Part shown: positions 25,952-40,432 of the stretch, piece by piece
Numbering within the stretch: position 1 is the first letter of the stretch
Layout of the letters: each line of letters starts with the position of its first letter
Source: Lama glama
Taxonomy: Eukaryota
Assembly (NCBI GenBank): GCA_028534125.1
Contig: CM052816.1
Coordinates: 66,466,001-66,530,000 of the forward strand
DNA: 64,000 nucleotides
Direction: 5' to 3'
Notes under the pieces: model-generated
Databases searched by the model: none
Told to the model about the DNA's origin: nothing
The model's input: only the letters and a program-made list of their open reading frames with translations
Made by a program: the position numbers and the translations under genes

Positions 25952-28900
25952 ATATGCAGCATCAAGGTTTGTGACAATACAAACTACGACATCCTGTTAG
26001 GATCACAATGTCTGAATGTGGTAGAGAACGGCTCATTTTAGTCCTTGACTTCTACAATAAAAATAAAGATTCTCAGAAAGCAAGTCATCAAAAATAAAGA
26101 TGTTTAGGAAGCAAGTGGTCCACTGGAGCAAGGTACAAAGAACCAATTATACGAGCAGTGTGTCAAAGTTAATGTGAAAGACCCTTTCTTTAAGACTTGG
26201 GAAGGCAAAGCAACTAGATTGATTCTACACAAATCAAGATCAAAATCCTGAAAACAAATGAATCCCCTGGATGCTGAGAAAGCATCATTCCATAAGAAGA
26301 AGGTTTAAGAAAAGATGCTGAACTAGGTACTTTCATATTCTCTCCCTAGGATGAAGTAAAGAGATCATTTGGTTGAGATCAGAATCTTGATATTATAGTA
26401 TTTTTTTATGAACCAGACTAAAATAATTAAAAAGTCTAAAATTCTCTTCTCTTGAAGAGTTCTGAACAGATTATTCTTTCAAGTGACTTAGACAGTTGGG
26501 CAAATCTGAAACACAACATGAACAACACATTTAACTGTGGAATCAATATCTCTAATTAATGACAAAGAAGAGTTATTTATTTATCATGTTCTTCTTTCTT
26601 GAGATACATAAAATTATACACTGTTTGGGGGGAAGGTAAAATAAACTGCTAAACATGGAATTTCTCAGCACTAAAATTTATGTGCTATACTCTTCATTCC
26701 CACTGTGGCAGACAAGATGGAACATTTCCAGACTCACTAAAACTCTAGGATATCCTCAAAGGACAAATAACCTTAACTAAATATGGCAGCCCAGTCCCTA
26801 GAAGGCAAGTGTATTTTCCATGTTCTGGGGCTTTTAGAGCTTCCCTAGGGAAGGAGATTAAGATTTTTTTCCCTTCCCAAAGACCAGAAATTTCCTTTTT
26901 TGGCTCAGGCTCATTCCCAAGCATAGGACTTGGTTAACACTGCACTTCCTGTAACTGACTTGAGCCTTTGTTGCAGAAACCTATTAGACAATTTCAAGCA
27001 GGTGAGCCATCAGCAGAGATAAGCATGTGGATAAAAAGGTCATAAAAAGAAGAGACATGGAAAATATACTAGAAGATAAAACAATGGGGAACCTTTAGTC
27101 AGAGGACAAAGGAGATTGGACTTATCCAAATGGTAATGCAGAGTCACCCAAGTACTGGTGGGGGACATGGCAGAGGAGTGATGTGATAAATATTTAAGGA
27201 GGTTAATTTGGTGTCATGATGAAGATAGGTTGAAAGGGGAGTTGACTACCAGCTGAGAGATATGCCTGCTCTGGGCCATTCTGGAGCTGGGATGGATTTT
27301 AGAAGAGTGAATTGTCATTACAGATACTCAGGGTTGAGGTGATAGATAGTAGGGAGGTCCTCAGCCCTCCTTACTCCTGGCCTGAAAGATCTGGGTTCAA
27401 GGTGTTCCTCTGGTTCACAGCTATGAAGCATTGGCACCCTCATCCAGTTGTTTGGCTTCTAACCCTGAAAGGATCAAGTGTATGCAACACTATCTCCTTC
27501 TGCAATTGGAGCCTGTGTGGAGAAAAAGACAAACCATTAAGTTCTCTCTGGACTACCCATAACCAGGCCTCTGGGTATCCAGATACCAGCAAGGGCAAGA
27601 TGAACTGTGTAAGTGTAAGATAGGCCACTCAACCCCATTTGCCCATCTGACTCAGTGAATCAAAGTCTCAGCACCACTCTTCATGGGATAGAAGGAAGCA
27701 TCTTCTGTGGACCCTCTGCTGAATAAGGACGAGCATTATCAGCACTGGGAAAGCAGAATCATCTTTGCCAGTTTGTAAACTCTCTTACAAGAGATGGCAA
27801 GCATTGAGAATTTGTTTTGAAGCCGAAGACTGTTAAGAAAAAATTTTTCTGGAAAGGAATACAAAGCAAATGGTTGAACCCAGAAATGATGGTTGGTTTT
27901 AGATAGGACTCTTCAGCACAGAAACCTAACTAGGCTACATAACAGACTGCAGGTGTTTGATGTGCCTGTTGTGGACATGCCTGTGGACGTGTTGCCCCCA
28001 CGGTTAGCTCTGGGCTGGCACTGCCCTGAGAGCTGTTGGGCATTCCAGTTCCACGGTGGAGCCCTGGGCTTGGAGGGCCTCTAGTGGCTGTCAGCCTCAT
28101 TAGGGGGAAAAAAAAGCACAACTGCTCTGTCATCTAAAGTGTTTTATGCCCAGAATTTAAAATGTGACAGTTCTAAGGCTGCCCTCTTTTTGTGACAGTT
28201 AGGGAGTTTGAGAGTGACTAAAAGGTGAGTGGAGTCTATAAGAGAGAAACAGAGACACTGGTAATTTTTTATTTTGTTTGTATGTGTTAGTGAGTGAGTC
28301 CCACAAGCAGTTCCCTGATAGAAACAAGAGATACTCAATGGACACTTCACTCAGAAATGTCATTCCACTGTCCTCTCTTGTCCAGCTTAAAATGTGGAGC
28401 AGGTGTAAAAAAAGCTTTTGAGTACATCTGGCTGCATGCTTTTCTTCTCTCTCATCAAGCCCCTCCCTGACCCACTCCCCAGCTCAGAGAGCCCCAAAGG
28501 AAACAGATGAGAATGAAGTAGCACAGCCTTCAGTGGGAGCAGCAAAGTGCATCCAAGGCTCGCTCTGTGTGACTCTCCCTGACTCCTTTTTCCCTTCAGC
28601 ATAGTCAGAGGGCCTGGAAATGCATTCTGCTGAGAACCCATGGGCCTGGACTACCAAGAATCCTACAGAGCGAAGCTGCACCATGAGCAGAACCACATCA
28701 TCCTGTTCTCCACTCTTATCCCCTACGGATCACACATAGAAAAGATCTCAAACACTCTTTTCCCAATTAAAAAAACTTTTTAAGTATCAGGTGAATTTCT
28801 TAGGGCTGGCTCTCTTCTAGGCTGCATGAAATGGTGCTCCCAGAAAGTTGTTTATTGTCTAGCCCATATCACCAGGGCAAGAGTCAACACAGGGCTGTGG

Positions 28901-29221
28901 GAGGGAAGAGGAGGAAAGCTGATTAGCAATAAAAATGTGCATATTACCAAAATCCCCCAAGTTACATATTCTTGGGAGTACGACAATAATTGAAAGGAGA
29001 CTGAATACGGTGTGAAGCCAGTATGAAAGGGCTTCCTGAGACCCAGAAGACATGAGGGAGGGGCCTCTACATGTCTTACTATCTACAAACTCAGGACAAA
29101 TGCCTTTACAGTTAAATAGTCCTCTTTTCATGTCATACTTTATACTTGAAAATAAAGTGAGGTTAACTAATTAAAACCACAGTGTGTCAAAATGAGCTGA
29201 AGTAAACCAAGGGGTTCTCTT

Positions 29222-29450
29222 TTGCAGATACTAATATATACAAAATAGATAAACAACAACTTCATACTATATAGCACAGCGTACTCAATATCTTGTACTA
29301 ACTTATGTTGAAAAAGAATATGAAAACAAATATGTGTAAGTTCATGTAGCATTATGAAGCATTATGCTGTACACCAGAAATTGACAAAACATTGTAAACT
29401 GACTATACTTCAAGAAAAAAATATATATAAAATAGTAATAATAAAATAAA
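29222..29450 (+). mobile_element. Short young L1 3' end
   Basis: tatagcacag...tgctgtacaccagaaattgacaaaacattgtaaactgactatacttcaag + A-rich tail. Confidence 0.88.
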
Positions 29451-31149
29451 ATACATCTCTATCACATGTCATTAAAGATGGCTGACTGGGCATCCGTATT
29501 TATATATTTTAAGCCTAGAAAATCTGGAGATTAGGGGATATAGAAATAAATGGAACAGGATCACCTATCAGTCAATAAAAGTTATATCAGAAAAATACGC
29601 AAAGGCAGAGGACCTTTGGCAGCAGGAAAATTTGTGTAGGAAAGAATAATAATATGAGAAAAACACAGCAAATAATCTGGATAATAAAAGATACGAAATT
29701 CCAGTTTTTTGCCATGTGATTATTCATGCATTCGGGAAACATTTAGTAACACTCTGTGCCAGGCACCGTGATAATAAAGAAATGACCTAGCTATGGTCCC
29801 AGCCCTGTAGGGACGTATCATTTTGCAAGACTGGTAAGAACAGTCCTCAGGAAGCACAGGTAAGCCATGGAATGAGTACCACAAAACGGACACGTAGAAT
29901 GCCCCGGAGTTCGAACAAAGATAATACGCTGATGTGACAATGGTGAATACTGAAAGTCAAAGAGCCATCACAGGTCAAGATAGCCATGTAATGGCCAAGT
30001 ATTTCTGTGAAAAAGAGTGTAGTCCTCAATTCTTATTCATAACTGCAGGCTATTTGGGGGCATTTTCAAGGCAAATATCAAAATGATCCATCATTTTGAA
30101 AATGTATGCTCAAATAATGATAGACAGCAAAGTCCCCATGCCCAAAATACCTATTAGAATATTAAACACTCTTCTATCCATATAACAGAACAATCCTCCT
30201 CTGAAGCTTCAAATGAGACTGCCTGAACCAATAATTAAATCCAGCTTTTAACCAGGCCAAGAAAAATATATATACTTCTGGGATATTTTCTCTTTTAAGA
30301 CCATAGAGCTCCCATATTTCACAGAGGTAGAGTCATGCTGTTAAGCAAAACCTTAAGACTCAAGGTACCTTTAATGGAGTCAACAGAAGAGTCTTCAAAT
30401 AGAGTCATAATAAACAGAGTATCAAATCTAACATTGACAAGGCTGATGGTGAGAACTGTTGTAGCAGCTCTTCCCAAGTAAAAGCTTCCATTGGTTATTT
30501 TAAAAGGTACTCATATCCCACTCACAATATTCCTTTACGTGCGATGGACATTCCTTAGCTCTCCCATACTACCCTCTCACTCTTTCAGGGATATTGGTAA
30601 GCCAGGAAAGAAGAACTATGCATGAATTAGACATTTTCTTCTATTTCTTCCTTTAAGATCCAGTTACCCACAGAGACCCACACATTTTATTTGCTCCAAG
30701 CCCATTGTTTTATAGGGACAAACTCCCACAAGGAAGGGATATAAATATTCAGGTATGCTGGTGACTGAGTGCATAAATCTTCCAGTTTATGGGTGCAGCA
30801 TTAGCAAGCCCACTTGGCTGGTAGATCCAAAACCACATCTCCAAACTGACCAGTATCAGTCGTAAAGGATGGACTTTGCTCCCCTTCTTCCTTATTCTTC
30901 TGACTTTCTTAATCAATATGAAACTTGGACATGGAAAGGGATTGACATTTATTGGGTTCCCTTAAAACCCAACAAGGATCTTTCACCAAGTGTGCACAGG
31001 GCACAGCAGTAAGATTAGCATCTGTGCTACACTAAAGATACAATCAGAGCTACTAGTCTAGTTAATTACGTGGTAAGAGGTCACCCAATTTTTCCTATTC
31101 CTCCCCTGCCATTGTTGTGGACATGTACACACACTCTTCTTTCCATCCT

Positions 31150-31250
31150 TCATATATATATACATACACACACACACACACACACATACATATACACACA
31201 CACACACAGATGCATGCCTATATACGTGTATGCATATATACACACATATT
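31150..31250. repeat. (CA)/(TA) compound microsatellite
   Basis: Direct reading. Confidence 0.85.
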
Positions 31251-31699
31251 TTCTGTATAATGGAAAACTTCAAGTCTGTATAAAAGAGAAAATAGTAAAA
31301 TGAAATCTATGAACCCATCACTCAGCTTCCACAATTAAAATGATTTAAACAAATGGCCAATCTTATTTAAACCACTGTTCGACCCCACCCTCCCTGCCAT
31401 CACACTGCTCACCCCCCTACCCCACCCCCTTGCCTCTCTGTGACCTCCAGAACCACTGACAGAAAATAGAGAAGTCAGACAGTTGAGAAGGATGAGTCTG
31501 GTGATTTGGACATGACTAGAAACTGGCTGAACCAAAAAGACAATGCTCCCTGCCCGCAGGAGGCTTACACCATAGAATGAAAGGGCGTTAAGAAATTTGA
31601 AGGACATTATAAAGAGTATCTCTTATCACCAACAACGTTTAGTCCTGCATCACTTTAGGTTTTTAGATAGATTTTGGAGATTTTCCTAATGATTTGGAA

Positions 31700-31885
31700 C
31701 TGTCTTGAAATTGTTAGAGAACGTTTATAGCACCGCTGACAACCCTGTGAGGAGACAGTATTACTAACCCTACTATATAGAGATAAGAAAATGGAGGCTA
31801 AGCAAGATTAAACAATCAAGAAAGAGCAGGGCTAGCACTTAAATTCGGGCCTGTTTGACTTCAAAGCTCATGCTTTTAACTACTA
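31700..31885. mobile_element. MIR SINE
   Basis: acaaccctgtgaggagacagtattactaacc...gaaaatggaggct...gggcctgtttgacttcaaagctcatgcttttaac. Confidence 0.65.
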
Positions 31886-32267
31886 AACTTATTTTCTCTC
31901 ATTATACCAAGAGGGGTTTGTTCGTGTGATTTTTTTTATTAGTGGATGATATGATTTTAAAAAGCAAGGTGGATTAGAACAGGCAGTGGCAGAAGACACA
32001 CGCCCTGCCCTCCTGATGGGACCCTGTAGTAAATGCGGAAGAGGGACTAACCAAATGCAGGTGGAGAGGAGAAACACTGAATTTTGATTTCTTTGGAGAA
32101 GTGAAACAAACACAAGAAACTAATCAGAACAATAAAACAGCCCCATCAACTTTTTGCAGGGGTGTGTGTGTGTGTGTGTGTGTGTTTGAGGGTTTATTAA
32201 AGGACAAATAAAATACAGGAAGTGTTTTATTGTAGCATTAGCGTACTATATCTATTTAACCAAAATA

Positions 32268-32432
32268 TTTTTTAACTTTTTTTATTGAGTTATAGCCATT
32301 TTACAATGTTGTGTCAGATTCCAGTGTAGAGCACAATTTTTCAGTTATACATGAACATACATATATTCATTGTCACTTTTTTTTTCTCTGTGAGCTACCA
32401 CAAGATCTTGTATATATTTCCCTGTGCTATAC
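32268..32432 (-). mobile_element. Short young L1 3' end, antisense
   Basis: Reverse complement of the same L1 tail (tttattgagttatag...ttacaatgttgtgtc...ccctgtgctataca). Confidence 0.88.
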
Positions 32433-33558
32433 AGCTGCAGGGATTTTTTTTTTTTACATTATATACATTCAATTGTGGGCTTTTACATTAGATATCTAAA
32501 TGGTGAGTTCTAACCACATTTTCATTACAGTCATGATCTCAATCCATTCTCCAAAGATTCTGGCAAGGTTTAGACTCAGTCTAATGCATTGATGTAGTTA
32601 ATAATCTCTACATTTTAACTGGGGCAAGAAAACCAAAACTCCTTTTCCCTTTTCCACTCTTTTACTTCCTTTCCCAATTAGCTCCCTATCAACTTGCTAA
32701 AGATGTTCCAGTTCCACAATTGGTTGTTGGAGTTGCTCTTGAATACAAATTCTGTCTCTTGGTGGCAAGCAAACACAGTAATTAACACAGAAGATGTTTG
32801 GCCTAGGGGGGTCTAGGAGCTAGAGATAGAAAAGCTGTGGGAAAAGGCACAAAGGCAGGGAGAGGGGAGGAGAGAGGCGAGCCCTGTGAATGGGAATATA
32901 AAATTGCCTGCTTCATTTCATAATTTTGCCTAAGATATTTGACCATGGTGATAAAATAGCACACTTTCTGTTTTCAACTCTTAAAGCTACTGTGGGTAAC
33001 TTTTAAGGTAGGAAATAAGAAATATTAATCAGAACAAAGTTAGCAGGGAGAACACAGCAAGGAAGGAAGGTGCAGCAAACCCTGGGCTGCAGCATTTCTA
33101 AGATATATGGTGGGTGAATTAGGACTCCCAGAGGAAAAATAGATGACTTTCATAGTTAAATGATGCCACTATCTCACTTAAAAATAAATGCAGAGAATTT
33201 TGAGAATCTGTCTCTAAGGAACTGTGGAAAAATCCTAGTTCCAGCCGAGGACACAGAAAGCAGAAAATACAGGTGCTTAAGATATGATTTAACCATTTCA
33301 TTCAGAGAAGATGCTAATAGAGCATCTCTATCAGTGAAGATTTTTAAAATTCCTTTTAAAAAACTGCCTCCTGAGGACTTTGTACTATCATTTCTCTCTT
33401 GGTGCCTGAAGTGTAAGAGAAAATATTCTGAATTGTGGAAGGTAAAAAACCCCTGATCACTTAACGTGTCAGCTCACATTGTGATATCCACATCAATGTG
33501 CTAATCTAAAACTAGTGATCAGAACTTGTAAAAGAGGAACACTGTAACTTTGGCTAAG

Positions 33559-34332
33559 TGTGGGAGCCCATGATTGGGTTAACAAATTGTAACAGACCCC
33601 ATCTGCTTGTCTCCTTAAAGAAGAGCAAATGTGCTTAGTAACTGCCTTGCTTGCATAGTTGAGGTTTTAGATAGCACTCTGCTCCTTGCAAAGCAATGAC
33701 CCAGGCCCTTGCCTATAAGCGCTGGGTGTGCCTGCTGCTAGATAGTCTTCTATCCCCAAAGCAAGGAACTGGCTGGGCTGGTGGTCTGCTTTAACATACC
33801 TATAAGAATGCATCTTGCTCCCCTCTTCCCATGACTTCCCTAAAGGTAAACTATAGGCCCCCAAAGGAACGAGTCTTGTGCTGGAATCGTAAACAAGTTA
33901 TAAAAAGCTGCAGACTCAGAGGTGAGAAAGCTGGTTAGCCAATGACGGGTAAGACCCCCAGAGGGGGGCAACCTAAGACAGGTACAGCCACCTGAGTCCA
34001 AGAAAAATGGTAAGCAGCTTCTTCTCAGACGTTCTGCCCTGATAAGCTGTAAGGCTCGCTGATGGCAACACGAACATGACTTACCAAAAGGTAAAGGGTC
34101 TTCTGACCTTGAGCCAGACTCTACAATCTCGATCCCACCCTGTCTTTCTCTAAATTCCTGCATTCCATCACACAACTGTCAGTGATTTCTCCTTTGATTG
34201 TACACAATAAATGTGCGGGCATTTGAGAGGTTCGTGGAGTTGGCTCCTGACTCCCTCTCGCTCTCTTGACTTTTCCACAGTCTTGAGTAATTCATTCCGT
34301 CTCAGTGGGACTTCTGCTGGCCAGAACCCACA
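33559..34332 (+). mobile_element. ERV1-like LTR (~770 bp)
   Basis: TGTGGG...CCCACA inverted termini, TATAAAA ~33901, CCAAT ~33939, AATAAA ~34206, locally retained CpGs. Confidence 0.65.
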
Positions 34333-34497
34333 ACTGGTGATGAACCCATAGCTAAATGTTAAAGTTAAGTGGAAGAATACTATTAATAAGTTATAGCATC
34401 TGTTTTTAAGAAAGCATGCATTGAATCAGCTGGCACTACACACCCTACTCTGGACACATTAAATAATGAGTTTGTGATGTTTAAAAGCCTATGTTGT

Positions 34498-35200
34498 AGA
34501 GAAAAGGGAACCCTCCTACACTGTTGGTGGGAATATACTTTGGTGCAGCCATTATGGAAAACAGTATGGAGATTCCTCAAAAGACTAAAAACAGATTTAC
34601 CATATGAACCAGCAATCCCACTCCTGCATATATCCAGAGGGAACTTTAATTCAAAAAGATACATGCACCCCAATGTTCATACAGCCAAGACAGAGGACTG
34701 GATAAAGAAGCTGTGGTATATTTACACAATGGAATACTACTCAGTCATTAAAAATAATAAAATAATGCCATTTGCAGCAACATGGATGGACCTAGAGATC
34801 ATCATTCTAAGTGAAGTAAGCCAGAAATAGAAACAAAAATACCATATGATATCACTTATATGTGGAATCTGAAAAAAAAAAAAAGACAAATGGACTTATT
34901 TCCAAAACAGAAACAGACTCATAGACATAGAACACAAACTTATGGTTACCAATCCACGATTTGGGAATGGATAAATTGGGAGTTTGAGATTTGAAGATAA
35001 TAACTACTGTATATAAAATAGATAAACAAGTCCTGCTGTATAGCTCAGGGAACTATATTCAATATCTTGCAGTAACCTATAATGAAAAAGAATATGAAAA
35101 TGAATATATGCATGTATATGTATGACTGAACTATTATGCTGTACACCAGAAATTGACACAACATTATAAACTGACTATACTTCAATAAAAAAATTTTTAA
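34498..35200 (+). mobile_element. 5'-truncated young L1 with TSD
   Basis: ORF2 end ([19 protein letters not shown]), poly(A), TSD GCCTATGTTGT at 34487-34497 and 35202-35212. Confidence 0.94.
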
Positions 35201-35384
35201 GGCCTATGTTGTGTGTTAAAATGTTATCCTATGATATTTTGTTCTGAATGAAGTATTTGACTTTTAAACAACATCCTGTAGTAATTGAGATTTGTGAATC
35301 ACTAACTATAGCAAAGAGAACTTGTGAGAATTTCTGTTTACTTTTGAATTTACATTCTCCTCAGGAAGTAAATAAATATGCAGA

Positions 35385-35890
35385 TGTTAATAAAGCTGCT
35401 ATAGACACTCACATACAGGTCTTTGTATGGACATATGCTTTCTGCTATCTTAAGCAAACACTTAGGAGGGAGAGTGGTGAGTCTTACAGTAAATAGATGT
35501 TTAACATTATAAGAAACTGCCAAACTATTTTCAACAGGAGCTGTACCATTCTGCGTCCTTGTGATGTGTGAGTGTTTCAGTTGCTCCACAGCTTCTCAGT
35601 ACTTGCTATGGAGTTCTTATATTGTATCCATTCTAGTAGGCATGTCGCGGTACCTTGTTGTTTTAATTTGTATTTCCCCAGTGACTAATAATGTTGAGAA
35701 ACCTTTATATGCTTATTAGTCATTCATATATTTTCTCTACTAAAGTGTTTCTTTTCATTTTTTGGTCATTTTTATTTGTGGGATTTTTATCATCTTCTTA
35801 TTGAGTTCTAAGAGTTCTTTATATATTCTGGATACATGCCAACATAAGACAGGTACATTCCAATTATTTTCTCCAACTCTGTGGCTTACC
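35385..35890 (-). mobile_element. Old L1M fragment, antisense
   Basis: ORF 35350-35589 (NGTAPVENSLAVS) and text such as gaaactgccaaactattttc and ttctttatatattctggatac. Confidence 0.75.
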
Positions 35891-37732
35891 TTCAAAGACT
35901 CAGCTTCTACCATGGTATAAAAAAATTTACAAACTGAGTTCTACAAATAATCAGAATTCGGCAGAGTTGCCTGGGGCTACTGAGGTGGTGAATGGGCAGA
36001 ATAGTTTTGCTGTCTATCTGTCTGCCTGTCTCTCTATTTATATATTTTTAATATTAGGTTACTACAAAAGATTTTGCTTTAGCAAAACATTTGAAATTAG
36101 CACTACAACATAGCAGGTTGTGGTAACTGTTTGCTAGGTCAACTATGATCTGATTTTCCAAACTATTATTAAAACACTGATATGAACCCAGTGGCAGTTT
36201 ACTCTATTGGGGGTGTCTTAAAGACCTTAGAGAACTTTTGACATCCTTAAGTTTGATGGTTTCCCTATAGTATTTTAAACATTTAAAAATTACCCACACT
36301 CCACATTAAATATATTAAAAATTTTAAATTCAATTACTTATGTCTGTATGAATTCACAGATGCTTATTTTACACTTTAGATAATAATTGAATAATATTCA
36401 TTTATTTTATTATTCAAATCGTTCCAAGTTTTGGCCACTTGGTGTTCTTTAAGTTTGCTCCTGTGTCCCTAGACATAACTTTTTAATTTAAAAAATTGAA
36501 ATGAATTTTAAAATTTTGTTTATGAAATTATTTGGTTATGGGTAATGCATTTCATTAACACTTGGCTATAATTCTCAGCAATTATCATATATACTCAGGA
36601 GTTCTTGCAAAGAGAGGAAGAGCTAACTTGCAAATTATTTTCAAGTATAATGAAACTTTTGTGATTATTAATAGTAACAATTAAGTAAATGTAATATACA
36701 TTTAGTCAGTAATGATTCATTTCGATTTGGCAGTTTTATTTGTGAACTTTAGAGTCAATACCTCTTTTTTGGTTGTTTGTCTAAGGTGCTGGTTCCTTAA
36801 AGAGCTCATGAGCCCTATTCTGTGTACCTTAAGAAAAGTGTGTAGGAGAAAAAGATCCACCCCCTGTGTGAGGATTATGCAGAACAAATGTCAGGGTAGC
36901 ACCAGTAACTCCCCAGGTGTCTAAGTTGAGATGGTACTTTTGCTTCTGCTTTGCTCCTGTCTTCTTCTCTCTCCTTCCCACAAAGGGGCAAGGCTGAGCA
37001 GAAGAAAGTAACAGCTGTAATTAAGATCAGACTCAGGAAAGAGGAGGGGGAATAAGTTATAATGAAATGAGCCCATATAGTTACCATGGGAAAGGAAAAG
37101 TGGGGAGAGGGGTGATAAAATTAGAAATTAGAACAGACTTACTCTGCCTATCTTTTCCTGGAAGCGTTAGCTGAGCATGATTATAAGAGCTAAGAGCTCT
37201 CATGTCCCCAGTGGTTGTGAGTAGTGGCTGTTAGTTCCCTCCCGGTGGGTGCCTGCCGGGGGGCTGGAAACAGGCAGAAACCATCTCAGATGAATACCCT
37301 ACAGGAACTGAGTTTGGTAACAGAAGCCTCTCACATCGTGAATTTCAACAACCTAATGGAACGAAGCCTCTTGCTTTCATACCTCACTCCCAACCAGTTA
37401 AAACAGAAGCCTAGAGATTTATAAAAATGCAGATTTCTCTCTTCCTTTCCATAAGGTTTGGATTCAGTTTGCAGAGCTTCCCAGAAATCTGTGTTTAAAG
37501 TCTCCTAGGATCTTTTAGTGATCAGTCGAACATTTAGCCTGATTTTCCTCTGTCTGTGATAAGACTTTTATATAGGGTTTGAATTGCATGCAGGAAATGA
37601 TGAGTCTCTTGGATTTAATATGTTATTCACTGGAAGGGCACACGCTAAAAATTTGCCCCTTACTTTGTATGAATGAAAGGGCAAAGGAACCAGGACATTG
37701 AATTCTAATCTAGCAGCTCATACATTATGGGC

Positions 37733-37908
37733 GGGACTGCGGATATCATTTGCAGGGTCTAGGGCAAAATGAAAACGCAGACACTCTGGGTCAAAAATGA
37801 TTGAGAATTTTAAGGCAGCAAAGGCAGAGTGTTAAACCAAGTATGGGGCCCTTCTAAGCCTGAGGCCCTGTGTGACTGCAGGGGTGCTACACCCATGCAG
37901 CATCTGGT
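37733..37908 (-). mobile_element. MER45A-like hAT-Tip100 element
   Basis: gcaaaatgaaaa...gagaattttaag...ttaaaccaagtatggggcccttctaagc...gccctgtgtgactgca...acacccatg matches the reverse complement of MER45A as recalled. Confidence 0.7.
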
Positions 37909-38204
37909 GATGGGATTAAGACTCTGGTAAAATGCCTTCTGTAAATGAAGTCCTCAGCTTCAAAAATGAAACTGCAGGCAGGATTAATGTCAGATAATCA
38001 TTTTAGCAGAGATAGTGTAAAATACTGAATGTTATCACTAGCTAAGCATTTTATTCTCTAGTAATGTAGTATCTATCAGGGAGGGAACATCAAAATGTCC
38101 TCTCTGTTCATGTAGAAGAAAGTCTTAGTAGACGAAACTTCATATGTTTAACCTAGAAAAATCTGTGTGAACTTATGCCTTAAAAAGAAATACGTATATT
38201 CAAT

Positions 38205-38345
38205 AATATGGTAATAACTTTGTATGGGATAGATGGTTACTAGACTTGTGACGATCATTTCATAATTACACAAGTGTCAAATCACTATGTAGTACACCTG
38301 AAACTAACATAATATTGTATGTCAATTATATTTCAATAAAAAGAA
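38205..38345 (+). mobile_element. Old L1M 3' end
   Basis: gatcatttcataat...aatcactatgtagtacacctgaaactaacataatattgtatgtcaattatatttcaataaaaa. Confidence 0.75.
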
Positions 38346-40008
38346 ATACACATGTATATGTAAAAATGTACATATAGACACACACTTATATATACACACA
38401 CATACATACGTACACATGTATTTTACCTCTGTTACTAATGAAAATGGATCAAATGCACAAGAAACATTTTTGGTCACCACCAACACTCTTGTGCAATCCT
38501 AGTACCCAGATATTCTATTTTATTACTGTTCCCAACTAAGAGGCCAGGAGTGTTACAGGAAAGTAATGGACTCCATATCTTAAGGAAGAGAAATATCAGA
38601 ATATGTCTAATTCTTACCAACAAATGGGCAGTGCTGAGAGGACAAAGAACCTGCACAAAAGAGTTTCATTGGTCAAGTGCTGATAATTTGAACTTAAACC
38701 ACCACCACCACAATAATAATAATAGCTGTTGTTGTGTTAATTTGAATAAGGTTTGCCATGAAATTCAATGAGTTCCTAAAGTCATTCCAAAGAGGACAGT
38801 TTGTATAAACCTTATTTTAAAAATATAGCACAAAGGAAAGGTGAACACAATATGTTTAAATTTATAATGATTTTAACAAATATAGGAAAGTTACTACAAT
38901 ATATAAAGGTGTTCAGTTTCTTATATCTTTATATCTCTGCTATATGTCTGTTAATAAAGAATAGACATGCTGTTGCTTCCATCTTTGTAGAGTGGGAAGA
39001 ATAAAGATAGACGCCTAGAGAAAGCCAAGAAGTTCTAGAAAAAAACATGGAATCTATACCAAAACTTGGAAGGTATGAGATTTAACAGGTGATCCAATAT
39101 AAAAATCAGCATTCAACAGGTAGTCAGTGTCAATGGCCACAGACAAACCCAAGTAGAGAAGGAAATCAACATTGTTCCAGGATAATAAATAATAAACCAA
39201 TGTCCTTAGTGAGGAGAGCTAACTACCTAGAGTTTATCCCTTTATTGTCTAGAGGGTGAAGCTCCTATATAGCATTATTGGTAATAATAAAATTCTAACA
39301 AGGACTATATCAATTTGTAACAATGTTAACAGACTAGGTCAATATATCATAACGACAAGACAGTGGGTTATGAAATGCTCACTAAGTGATTATTTAAAAG
39401 CACATTATATTTGAGGGAAGACACCAGAAGCCAAAAAAGAAAAAAGACATTAATAATATCCACATAAAAAGTAAGGACTTAGAGTTACTGAAATGACAAG
39501 TAAAATGTGCCCCCTAAAAGAAAGTTCACTTTGGGAATAGTAGCCAGATTCTTTGTCCCATCTGTTGATAATAAAAATCCTTGGATGGGGTGAGAAGGTA
39601 TTATTTTACTACTGCATCTGGTAAGATTACTCCAACCCCCAAAGGTTATCAAAATAATATTACTACAGCTCTAGGTATATGCCAAAATTAGTATAGCTAT
39701 CCCCCCTACGAAGGTATTAACACCAAGTGGGAAACAACAAAGGAATGAATTAAACCCATGGTATTGGAAGTGTAGAATAGCATTGAGTTAGTAGAATAAT
39801 ACATTTGCTGAGTTTGTATGTGTTTAACTTTTGTCTTTTTAGGGGGTTTGGGGTATTCAAAAGAATCAGAGTAAGTTTGTATTTCCCATTTAAATTGAAA
39901 GGATGTATAATTATTCATGTGTTATTTATATTTAAATATTTATGAAAATTACTTTCAAAATTTTATTTATTAAATATACACATTTAATAAATTTAACAAA
40001 TTGATCAA

Positions 40009-40432
40009 TGTGATGATTAATTTTATGTGTCAATTTGACTGAAACACAGGATGCCCATATGGCTGGTTAAAAATTTTTCTGCATGTGTCTGTGAAGATGT
40101 TTCCAGAAAATATTATTATTATTTGAATTGGTAGACTGGTTAAAGCAGATGGCCCTCCCCAGCATGGGTGGGCATCATCCAAGCCCTTGAGGGCATGAAT
40201 GGAACACGGGCAGAAGTAGGTTGGATTCCTGTTCTCACTGGCTCACTACTTGACCTGAACATGAATGTCCCTTAGCACTCCTGGTTCTCAAGTCTTCACA
40301 TCCAGACTGGAATCTATACCATCAGGTCCCTGGCTCTCAGGATTGAACCACACCACCTGGTTTCCTGGGTCTCCAGATATTAGATGACATACCCTATTGG
40401 TTCTGTTCCTCTGGATAATCGTGACTAAAATA
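40009..40432 (+). mobile_element. MLT2 (ERVL) solo LTR
   Basis: TGTGATGATTAATTTTATGTGTCAA...aaagcagatggccctcccc...gggtgggcatcatcca...cctattggttctgttcctctgga...gactaa. Confidence 0.82.

Noticed and set aside
12680..35200. ORFs with L1 ORF2p-like or antisense-L1 translations
   Set aside because: Frameshifted, 5'-truncated retrotransposon remnants, not host genes or active elements.
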